DNA of 36,753 nucleotides from a virus (Duplodnaviria; Caudoviricetes). The stretch's first letter is position 1. Every line of letters begins with the position of its first letter. Below, piece after piece: positions 1 to 7,665 of this stretch. The stretch lies in IMG/VR virus record IMGVR_UViG_3300036785_000941, positions 1 to 36,753 of that record; one strand, given 5' to 3'. The position numbers and the translations under genes are program-made. The notes under the pieces are model-generated. The model was not told the origin of the DNA and ran no database searches. It was given only the letters and a program-made list of their open reading frames with translations.

Positions 1-1878
1 CAAATACCGGAAGACTTCAAGCCTGACCTTGGTTCACCAACCCAGGTCAAGATGTACGAGATTGCCCAAGGTGGTGGATCACCGGCAGCCAAGATCGATG
101 CGATTTCCCAGCTTCAGGCGGGCAAGAACAAGTCGGTCCAGGAATTCGGCCAGAATTGGATCGAGCACCTGTCCGATCAACTGGAAGACGAGCCAGCGGC
201 TGAGCCTGAGCCGGATAACTACATGAAGACCGTCCAGGGGATCATGGCCGATCCCGACATGCCATCGGACGAAAAGGCGAACATGCTCACCACATTGGTG
301 GCGACCGCGGTGAGCAAGGGCAAGCTGGAAAAGGGCGGGCCGGCCTATCAGGCGGCGGTCAAGACGATCACCAATCTGCACGAGAAAGCTGAACTGGAAA
401 AGCAGGCGCCGAAGCCGCCTCTGGCGGTGTTCGAATCATCAATGAATCAGGTGCTGGGAAAGCTGCAATCGAAGCAGGCGAAGAAGGACTACCTGGAAAA
501 CCTCTACAAGAAGCCGGAACTCACACCAGGACAGAAGGCCGTCGTCAACGCCAAGTTCAAGGAAGTCAACGCCGCCCCAGAAACAGGTCCGGTCAAATTC
601 ACCGAACAGGAAAAGACCGAAATCAACGCCATCGGTGGGTTGGTTTTGAAGAAGAACATGGCGCCGCACGAGAAGGCGTTCGCGATCAATAAAATCGCTC
701 TGAGCAGCAGTTCACCACACACCGCGGCATACGCCAAAGAGCAGTTGGAAAAGATGGGTCTGCCGCCGCCGCCCGAGCCGGTGGAAGCGCCGAAGACGCC
801 GGCAGAACTGTTGCAGGCGCAGCCGGAACTGCTACCGCATCCGCAATCGAAGCACCAAGGGCCGTTGTTCAAGATCGTCAACGATCCAAGCCAGACCACC
901 GAACAGAAAATCGAGGCACTGAAGACCTATCCCACCGTTCAGCAGTATCCCAACGAGAACACCGCGAAGTTTGCCAATTCGTGGATCAAAGCACTGGGCG
1001 GTGAGCCGATTCCCGGTGTGGGGTTCGTCCAGGCGCCCGGTGCGGCGCCGGCTGCGGCTGCGCCAACGCCGGCTGCACCGAAGCCCGCGACGCCGGCTGC
1101 GCCAGCTAAGCCAGTGGTGCCGAAGACCACGCCGCATTTCTTCCAGGAAACCACCTATCAGGCAGAGACCGCCAGCGGGCAGAAGATCAGGTCGAAGCTG
1201 CACGCCGACACCGAACGGATACCGGGAACGCTGCACCACGACGTAACATCGGCCTACGGGGACAACAAAGAGGACGGCAATACCCACGCCGTCAGTGTGC
1301 AGATGCAGAAGGCGCGCGACGTGACCTATGCGCAGATGAGTTCGGTCCAGGTCAGCGCCATGAACCATTACAAGGGATCGGATTATGACCCGATCAACGA
1401 CTATCTGAGGGGCAAGGACAAGACCACTTCGCCGACCGTGATGGGCTGGATCAAGAACATCCGGGCCGCGATGGCCAAGGCGGTGGTGCCGGCCGACACC
1501 CCGGTGTATCGCGGGCTGCGCGCGTCACTGGAAACACTGACCGGGTTTGATGACGACCGGGCGATTGGGCGCAGTTTCGTGCACAAGAACTTCGCGTCGG
1601 TATCACGTGACATCAACGTGGCCAAGAGCTTCGGCAGCTTCAATAATACGACCACGGCGACTACCATGGTGCACGTGACGGTGCCGGCCGGCACGCCTGG
1701 GATCGTGCTGGGGCACCAGATGAACAGCGAAAACGAAATCGTGCTGCCGGATCACTGCGTCTTCAAGATCGACCGGATCGAAAAGCATGCCCATGGTCCC
1801 ATGAAGCACACCATCCATTGCACCTACATGGGCCGGCAAGAGAATATCCCTGGGGCAGAAGCTGAGACGGTGGTATAA
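1..1878 (+). CDS. 5'-truncated head-region protein with C-terminal VIP2/C2-type (R-S-E) ADP-ribosyltransferase domain
   Basis: Frame is open from base 1 (QIPEDFKP...), so the true start is probably upstream of the window. C-terminus has YDPINDYLRG, VYRG (R at 1510), FASVS (1591-1605) and ENE (1729-1737), preceded by helical repeats and a Pro/Ala linker. Confidence 0.85.
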   Translation, partial: QIPEDFKPDLGSPTQVKMYEIAQGGGSPAAKIDAISQLQAGKNKSVQEFGQNWIEHLSDQLEDEPAAEPEPDNYMKTVQGIMADPDMPSDEKANMLTTLVATAVSKGKLEKGGPAYQAAVKTITNLHEKAELEKQAPKPPLAVFESSMNQVLGKLQSKQAKKDYLENLYKKPELTPGQKAVVNAKFKEVNAAPETGPVKFTEQEKTEINAIGGLVLKKNMAPHEKAFAINKIALSSSSPHTAAYAKEQLEKMGLPPPPEPVEAPKTPAELLQAQPELLPHPQSKHQGPLFKIVNDPSQTTEQKIEALKTYPTVQQYPNENTAKFANSWIKALGGEPIPGVGFVQAPGAAPAAAAPTPAAPKPATPAAPAKPVVPKTTPHFFQETTYQAETASGQKIRSKLHADTERIPGTLHHDVTSAYGDNKEDGNTHAVSVQMQKARDVTYAQMSSVQVSAMNHYKGSDYDPINDYLRGKDKTTSPTVMGWIKNIRAAMAKAVVPADTPVYRGLRASLETLTGFDDDRAIGRSFVHKNFASVSRDINVAKSFGSFNNTTTATTMVHVTVPAGTPGIVLGHQMNSENEIVLPDHCVFKIDRIEKHAHGPMKHTIHCTYMGRQENIPGAEAETVV

Positions 1879-1901
1879 CCGCCGGTTGAAAGGGCAGTAT
1901 C

Positions 1902-2093
1902 ATGAGCGGTGCGAAGGGCAGGTTTATTGCCCAGGTCGATGAAGTCGAAGGGCTGGGTCCAATGACCAAGGTGAGCGGTCATGACGGGCCGCAACTGAAG
2001 TATCCTGAAAAGGACGGACCGGCCGCGGATCGCAAGCCAAAGCGTGTGGTCAAGGTCGTGAAGCCGAAGGTGACGATCCACCGCAGCCGGTAA
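1902..2093 (+). CDS. small basic hypothetical protein; candidate ART partner
   Basis: ATG with GAAGGG upstream; fills the gap after the ART gene; codon usage like neighbouring genes. Confidence 0.6.
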   Translation: MSGAKGRFIAQVDEVEGLGPMTKVSGHDGPQLKYPEKDGPAADRKPKRVVKVVKPKVTIHRSR

Positions 2094-2189
2094 TTCCGGG
2101 AACAATCCATGCTGATCGAACGGACACCGTGCGCCGATTGTGGTCGCACGTCGTGTGACTGTGACCACCATCAACCAGAGGGGGCAGCT

Positions 2190-3161
2190 ATGAGCAACCG
2201 CTTCACTGACTTGATCCACCGTGCGTTCTTCGCCGAAGACAAGGCGGCGCTGGCGGCGATCATCAAAGACGCCGAAAAGGAAAAGAAGAACGGCGATGAC
2301 GATGACCACGACGAGCCGGATGGCGACGAGGGTCACCACATCCACCTGCACCTGGGTGACAAGACCAAAGACGACCAAGACCCGGACGTGCAGAGCCGTC
2401 TGAAGAACCTGGAAGACGGGTTCAAGTCGATCGATAGCAAGGTGTCCAGGGTGCTGGACCATCTGGCGAAGGATGGCGAATTGCCAGAGGCGCTGAAGAA
2501 GCACCAGTTCGGCAAGAAGGAAGACGATGACGGCGACGGTGACGGTGACAATGGCGACGGTGACGGTGACGAAAAGAAGGACGAAACCGAAGACGCGCCA
2601 GCCGGCAACGAAGAAGCCCTGACCGCTTCCGATCCCGGCGGTGTAGCGGGTGCCGAACTGATGGAAGCCGACCCGGCACTGAAGACCGGCCAGAGCATGA
2701 TGGGCGACAAGAAGATGGTCGGCCGGTGGAATACCGCTCTGGGCAACTATGTGCGCGATACCGCGGCGCGCGCTGAAGTGCTGTCACCGGGCATCAAGAT
2801 CACCAAGAACCTGGACGCTGGCGGGGTGGCCAATCTCAAGGCCATTGGCACTGGCGTGTGTGATCTGCGCCGGGCGTCGCTGGGCAAGGCTCTGACCAGC
2901 GATCAGGGTCGGCAGGCGGTGGGCCGCTACATCACCGTGGCTGGGATCAAGAAAATGTCCTGTGACGCGGTGCGCATTGCGTTCCTTCAGGCGTCTGACG
3001 CCATGCGGCAGATGAACAACGATGTTGGCAAGGCGGCGCCGGGATCGTCCTTCACGGGTGAAGACCCGCGCGCGTACCGTGATCGGCAGACCCAGACCCT
3101 GGCTGGCATCAACAAGGCCAACCGCGAATTCTGGGCGAAGCAGACCGGGCGACCGAACTAA
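2190..3161 (+). CDS. capsid scaffolding protein (resembles C-terminal part of DUF2213 proteins)
   Basis: GAGGGGG RBS before ATG 2190 (in-frame alternative start 2109). Asp/Glu-rich low-complexity region, ARAEVLSPGI motif, C-terminal INKANREFW; lies upstream of the cement and capsid genes. Confidence 0.7.
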   Translation: MSNRFTDLIHRAFFAEDKAALAAIIKDAEKEKKNGDDDDHDEPDGDEGHHIHLHLGDKTKDDQDPDVQSRLKNLEDGFKSIDSKVSRVLDHLAKDGELPEALKKHQFGKKEDDDGDGDGDNGDGDGDEKKDETEDAPAGNEEALTASDPGGVAGAELMEADPALKTGQSMMGDKKMVGRWNTALGNYVRDTAARAEVLSPGIKITKNLDAGGVANLKAIGTGVCDLRRASLGKALTSDQGRQAVGRYITVAGIKKMSCDAVRIAFLQASDAMRQMNNDVGKAAPGSSFTGEDPRAYRDRQTQTLAGINKANREFWAKQTGRPN

Positions 3162-3670
3162 TGGCCGTTGTAGCTGTCCCGGCGGCTGAAGGATCGGTGA
3201 TCGTTGCCTGTCTGTACAACCAGCCGGACGGCCTTGCTTGGGTTACTCTGAGAGACAACCAACCGCTGGCGTGGATGGTCGATCAGAACAACCCGACCGG
3301 GATACCCATTCCGGTGATCATCGGCACCCTGCTGCCGGCGCCGAACACCGCGCCGATCATTTCGCCACCCTGGGTGCAGGTCTTCAGCAACGGGCAGGCC
3401 ATCGTCCCCGACCTGTTCCGGGGGACGCTGGCGGAAATGTTCACCTGGATCGCCACCAACAACGGGGCCACCCGGCAAATCTATGGTGACTTCGCTGCGA
3501 CCACTGTGGCGATTGCCTGGAACCAATGGGCGCAGAACAACCCGGCGCTGGCGTTGACTGACCCGCCGTCTGTGGCGCCGGCCGGCGAAGCGGAACCACT
3601 GCCGCCACTGCTGCCGGCACGCGGCCAGCACCGCGCCCAGACAGCCCACAAGGGCGACACAGCCCACTGA
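3161..3670 (+). CDS. hypothetical protein
   Basis: TAATG stop/start overlap with the scaffold gene; 169 aa. Confidence 0.7.
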   Translation: MAVVAVPAAEGSVIVACLYNQPDGLAWVTLRDNQPLAWMVDQNNPTGIPIPVIIGTLLPAPNTAPIISPPWVQVFSNGQAIVPDLFRGTLAEMFTWIATNNGATRQIYGDFAATTVAIAWNQWAQNNPALALTDPPSVAPAGEAEPLPPLLPARGQHRAQTAHKGDTAH

Positions 3671-3787
3671 GCAACCACCCGGCCCACGTGCCGGGGCACG
3701 AAGTCAGCCGCCGCGTAGCAAGCCCCTGGGCCTGCCACGTGGGGCTTTGACGTGTCTTCCAACCACAAGCTGAAAGGAACCTGGGCC

Positions 3788-4288
3788 ATGGTGGCCTTTA
3801 CCTATGCCATGCCGGCCGGCATTCCCGGCACGGTCAACCGCACTGCTGAAGCCACGGTGGTGGCGGAAATCCTGAGTCCAACCTCGCCCCCCACCCAGTA
3901 CGGCACGGCGGTGGTGCTGGACGCGACCACGTCTCTGGTGCGCGCGCCAGCAACCGCCGATCTGTCCGCGGTGGTGTATGGACTCTATGTGCGCCCCTAT
4001 CCCACCCAGTCCGGGCAAGACCCGCTGGGGACTTCCACGCCACCGACTTCCGGATCGGCCAACGTGCTGAAGCGTGGCTACATGAGCGTGCTTCTGCGCG
4101 GCGCGACCGCGGTGACCCAGAAGGGCACCCCGGCCAACGTCTGGACCGGTGCACCCGCGGGTGGACAGATTCCGGGCGGGATCACGGCAGTCGCGCCGGC
4201 CGCCGGGTCGTGTGTGGCTCTGCCTGGGGCCTACTTCATGGGTCCGGCCGACGCGGGCGGCTTCACGGAAATCGCCTTCAACCTCTGA
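3788..4288 (+). CDS. capsid cement/decoration protein
   Basis: GAAAGGA RBS, start MVAFTYAMPAGIPGTVNR; YGLYVRPYP, VLKRGYMSV and C-terminal EIAFNL; directly upstream of the major capsid gene. Confidence 0.8.
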   Translation: MVAFTYAMPAGIPGTVNRTAEATVVAEILSPTSPPTQYGTAVVLDATTSLVRAPATADLSAVVYGLYVRPYPTQSGQDPLGTSTPPTSGSANVLKRGYMSVLLRGATAVTQKGTPANVWTGAPAGGQIPGGITAVAPAAGSCVALPGAYFMGPADAGGFTEIAFNL

Positions 4289-4358
4289 TCGCTTACCGGC
4301 TGCCGCGCCGGCCGTACTGCGGCAATCCCCCACAACTTGAACAGAAGGAACCAACGCC

Positions 4359-5363
4359 ATGCCAGACGGCATGAACGCTGGCCGCGGCATGTTCACGTTC
4401 GACGCTTTCACAAGGGACGCCACGGGCGCCTTTCTGATCGGCGAACTGGAACGGCTCGACCAGACGATCCACGAGCCTTTGGTCGCTGTGACCTGGGGCC
4501 GTGACATTGACTTGCGCGAAGATGTCACCACGGGCGATGAAGTGTCATCGTTCACCAACAGCAGCTTCGCCATGTCCGGTGGTATCAACCCGGCCGGGGT
4601 ATCCTGGATCGGCAAGAACACCACTGCGATTTCCGGTGCCATGCTGGACATCGGCAAGACGCCCCAGCCGCTGAACCTGTGGGGTGCCGAACTGAGTTAC
4701 ACCCAGCCTGAACTTGAAAGCGCGATGCGGGTGGGTCGTCCCATAGACGACCAGAAGTATCAGGTGATCAAGCTAAAGCACCAGATGGACATCGATCAAC
4801 TGGTCTACATCGGTGATCCGATCACTGCCATGACACCGGCTGCATACGGCACTGCCGGGCTGTGCAACCATCCGGCGGTGACCAATACGGCGAACGTCAC
4901 GGGTGGCAACTGGGCTACTCTGGGCGCGGCTGGGGCCGACACGATCTTGGCTCAGGTTAATGAGCAACTTGCCAGCACGTGGTCCGCTTCGGGCTGGGCG
5001 GTGATGCCGACCGAAATGAGGGTGCCGCCGGTCCAGTTTGGCGTCCTGGTATCGACCAAGGTGAGCAGTGCGGGCAACATCAGTCTGTTGCGCTACCTGC
5101 AAGAGAATTCCCTGTGCAACACCCAGAACGGACGGCCGCTCAATATCCAGCCGCTGAAGTGGCTGAATTCCCGCGGCGGTTCATCGACCCAGCGATCGCT
5201 GGTCTATACCAAGGAATACAACCGCGTTCGCTTCCCGCTTACCCCATTGCAGCGTACCCCGCTGGAATGGCGCGGCCTCTACAATCTGACCACCTATTGG
5301 GGCCGGGTTGGCGTGATCGAGGTCGTGTATCCCGAGACCATCAGCTACCGCGACGGCATCTAG
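4359..5363 (+). CDS. major capsid protein (DUF2184 family, HK97 fold)
   Basis: GAFLIGELERLD, WGRDIDLREDV, ELSYTQPEL, DQLVYIGD and terminal GVIEVVYPETISYRDGI; AGAAGGA RBS. Confidence 0.92.
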   Translation: MPDGMNAGRGMFTFDAFTRDATGAFLIGELERLDQTIHEPLVAVTWGRDIDLREDVTTGDEVSSFTNSSFAMSGGINPAGVSWIGKNTTAISGAMLDIGKTPQPLNLWGAELSYTQPELESAMRVGRPIDDQKYQVIKLKHQMDIDQLVYIGDPITAMTPAAYGTAGLCNHPAVTNTANVTGGNWATLGAAGADTILAQVNEQLASTWSASGWAVMPTEMRVPPVQFGVLVSTKVSSAGNISLLRYLQENSLCNTQNGRPLNIQPLKWLNSRGGSSTQRSLVYTKEYNRVRFPLTPLQRTPLEWRGLYNLTTYWGRVGVIEVVYPETISYRDGI

Positions 5364-5464
5364 TTTCCAATTTTTATCTGAGCTTCGGGCCGGGCAGATT
5401 ACTTCCGCCGCATAGGCGCCCGTCTGGTCCACCCCCATTGCCTACCCTGAAAGGGGAACCCACC

Positions 5465-5644
5465 ATGCAGGAAGTCGCAATCGTCTATTTCGTGGTGGCT
5501 TGGCTGGCTTGCTGGCTGGTCGACTTGATCATCATTGTGGCGCGTGGTCCGGTGCTGATCGATCCGATCCTGAAGCTGGTCATTGTGCTGGTGTGCCTGA
5601 TAGTGGTCTTGGTCAAGCTGGCCGAACGCCACTGGCTTTGGTGA
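5465..5644 (+). CDS. small two-TM membrane protein
   Basis: AAGGGGA RBS; 59 aa MQEVAIVYFVV... with two hydrophobic segments separated by a Pro turn. Confidence 0.7.
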   Translation: MQEVAIVYFVVAWLACWLVDLIIIVARGPVLIDPILKLVIVLVCLIVVLVKLAERHWLW

Positions 5645-5671
5645 CAACCCCAACCAGGAAGGAATAGCCTG

Positions 5672-6040
5672 ATGGCAACGATCAAGGTGGCGAAGCAGTT
5701 CATGCTACAGCGCGACCCACAGCCGGTTGAAGGGCGCACGGCGTGGATTGGCGACAAGGAAGTGCCGGTGCTGGCCGCGCCGGAACTGCTGTTGTTCAAC
5801 CCTGGCGAATACGAAGTCGAGGATGACATCGCCAACCACTGGTATGTGTTGCCGCACCTGGAAGGCTACGTTGACGAACTGTGGACCGGGCAGGGCGGGC
5901 AGCCGGTGGTGCGGGTGATGCTGAACACCGAAGAAGCCGCTATGGCCAAGGAACAGGCCGAGTCCGTCAAGGCGCAGCGGGCAGAGGCGGCGAAGGTGCA
6001 GGCCGAACGGGCTGAACAGGCCGAAAAGGCCGCTGTGTGA
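5672..6040 (+). CDS. STY1053-like phage-associated protein, paralog 1
   Basis: IKVAKQFML...PGEYEVEDDIANHWYV motif; GGAAGGA RBS. Confidence 0.7.
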   Translation: MATIKVAKQFMLQRDPQPVEGRTAWIGDKEVPVLAAPELLLFNPGEYEVEDDIANHWYVLPHLEGYVDELWTGQGGQPVVRVMLNTEEAAMAKEQAESVKAQRAEAAKVQAERAEQAEKAAV

Positions 6041-6396
6041 TGCCGGTGGTGCGGGTGGTCAAACACTTCATCTTGCAGCACGACGATGGGCGCAAGGTGG
6101 AATATATCCCCGGCAACTATGACGTGGACGAAGAAACTGCGGCCCACTGGTATTTCCAGGCGCATCTGGAAGGTTTTGTGGAACCCGACCCGGCTGACGG
6201 CACCCAGCAATATGCGCAGAAGATGCTGATCGCCGAACAGGCGGTGCGGATGGGTGAGCCTGAATCGGCCCAGGGGCAGAAGGCTGCCCCCACGCCTGAC
6301 GGTGTGGCGCGGGCAGAGCCAACGCCGGTCTACTTCGCGGGTGAGCCGATCAAGAACCCTGAAGGGCCGTCCTGGCTGCCCGGCAAAGCCCCCTGA
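6037..6396 (+). CDS. STY1053-like phage-associated protein, paralog 2
   Basis: VRVVKHFIL...PGNYDVDEETAAHWYFQAH; overlaps the previous stop (start 6037 GTG or 6040 ATG). Confidence 0.75.
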   Translation: MMPVVRVVKHFILQHDDGRKVEYIPGNYDVDEETAAHWYFQAHLEGFVEPDPADGTQQYAQKMLIAEQAVRMGEPESAQGQKAAPTPDGVARAEPTPVYFAGEPIKNPEGPSWLPGKAP

Positions 6397-6665
6397 GCCG
6401 TCCACTGAAGAACCGCGTCTGTCAGTACGGGCATCCTCACAAGGGGCCTGACACCACGTCCTGCCCGCGCTGTGAGCAACGCCGCCGCTATCTGCGGACC
6501 CTGGTGCAATGGATCGAACATGATGACACCGCCGGCACGCTTCCCCGGCGACGAACTCTTGCTGGTCCAGCTTGGTTGGCTGGTCTGGGGGATCGGGGCC
6601 TTGGTGACGATCCGACTTCGCAGGAAAGGAAACCCGGCCATGCCACTGACCGAGAAGGGCGCTGA
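6393..6665 (+). CDS. possible 90-aa Zn-finger protein with CTG start (not in ORF track)
   Basis: CTGA overlap with the upstream stop; translates LSRPLKNRVCQYGHPHKGPDTTSCPRCEQRRRYL..., a C-x2-GH...C-x2-C pattern; stop at 6663-6665. Confidence 0.45.
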   Translation: MSRPLKNRVCQYGHPHKGPDTTSCPRCEQRRRYLRTLVQWIEHDDTAGTLPRRRTLAGPAWLAGLGDRGLGDDPTSQERKPGHATDREGR

Positions 6666-6951
6666 AATCAAGTCGAACATGGAAGAACAGTACGGCAAGG
6701 AAAAGGGCGAGTCGGTCTTCTACGCTTCGAAGAACAAGGGGACGATCACCGGGGTGGATCAGGGGCCGGCCTCACCGACCGCGCCGATCAGTGCCCAGCC
6801 GATCATTCCCAGCGTCACCGGGGTTGCGGCGCCTTCTGGCCTGACGACTGGGATCAATAGCCCGCAAGGGCAGGCGGCGCCCAACTTCGATCAGGGGCCG
6901 CCGCGCAGTATCACGGTGGCTGAACTGGCGCGGGCGGCCGGCAAGCGATGA
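6640..6951 (+). CDS. conserved small phage protein (MPLTxKG...VFYASKNKG type) with low-complexity tail
   Basis: GAAAGGAA RBS before ATG 6640; N-terminal 40 aa match a motif recalled from many phage hypothetical proteins. Confidence 0.8.
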   Translation: MPLTEKGAEIKSNMEEQYGKEKGESVFYASKNKGTITGVDQGPASPTAPISAQPIIPSVTGVAAPSGLTTGINSPQGQAAPNFDQGPPRSITVAELARAAGKR

Positions 6952-7466
6952 GCGTCACCACCCTTGACGCGACACCCCCACCTGGGGTGCCAACGTCCAC
7001 CGTCACCACGGTGGCGTTGTTCCGCGCGCATTTCCCAGAGTTCGCCAGCACCACCACCTACCCTGACGTCGTGGTGCAGATGTTCATCGATACCGGATCG
7101 GTGCTGGTGCGGCCGGAACGGTGGCACAGCCTGACCGCATTCGGGGTGGAACTGTTCACTGCGCACATGCTGGCGCTGCAACAGATGGCGATGCAGGGCG
7201 GCCGTGGTGGCGGTGTACCAGGGCAGGCGCGCGGGCTGCAAACCAACAAGAGCGTGTCCAAGGTATCGGTTGGCTACGACTATTCCATGGTGGGGATGGA
7301 AGGCTGGGGCATCTTCAACCTGACCATGTATGGCCAGCAATTTGCGTTCTATGCCGAACTGTTCGGGACCGGCGGCTTTGAAGTGCTGGGCATTGGCTAT
7401 GAACCACAACTGGCCGGGGTGGTCTGGACCTGGACCAACGGCGTCATGATGCGGTGGGGATCATAG
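6948..7466 (+). CDS. head-tail adaptor (DUF4054 family)
   Basis: FRAHFPEF...YPD, LFTAHML, KSVSKVSVGYD, NLTMYGQQF. Confidence 0.85.
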   Translation: MSVTTLDATPPPGVPTSTVTTVALFRAHFPEFASTTTYPDVVVQMFIDTGSVLVRPERWHSLTAFGVELFTAHMLALQQMAMQGGRGGGVPGQARGLQTNKSVSKVSVGYDYSMVGMEGWGIFNLTMYGQQFAFYAELFGTGGFEVLGIGYEPQLAGVVWTWTNGVMMRWGS

Positions 7467-7467
7467 C

Positions 7468-7665
7468 ATGGATGACATCGAACCGATTTTGCAGTTCTTT
7501 GCCTACGGCCACCTTCGCGCGGACCTTCAGATGGTGTCGTTGCCGTTCTTTAATCTAGCCCATACGCTGGTGGAAGAATTGCCACGCAACCCAGAGCGAA
7601 CGGTGGCGCTACGCAAGCTTCTGGAAGCCAAGGACGCGGCGGTGCGGGCGAAACTCTATGCCTGA
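7468..7665 (+). CDS. small helical-hairpin protein, Acb2/Tad1-hairpin-like
   Basis: FFAYGHL...LAHTLVEELPRNPERTVALRKLLEAKDAAVRA; tightly packed between neighbouring genes. Confidence 0.6.
   Translation: MDDIEPILQFFAYGHLRADLQMVSLPFFNLAHTLVEELPRNPERTVALRKLLEAKDAAVRAKLYA

Noticed and set aside
1330-1830. DarT-type DNA ADP-ribosyltransferase toxin-antitoxin
   Set aside because: Motifs are VIP2-like R-S-E and no macrodomain or NADAR partner is adjacent.
4979-5464. Long N-terminus of the 221-aa ORF
   Set aside because: Out-of-frame overlap with the capsid gene; the RBS-supported start is 5465.
6472-6639. N-terminal extension of the MPLTEKG gene
   Set aside because: Strong RBS and the conserved motif begin at 6640.
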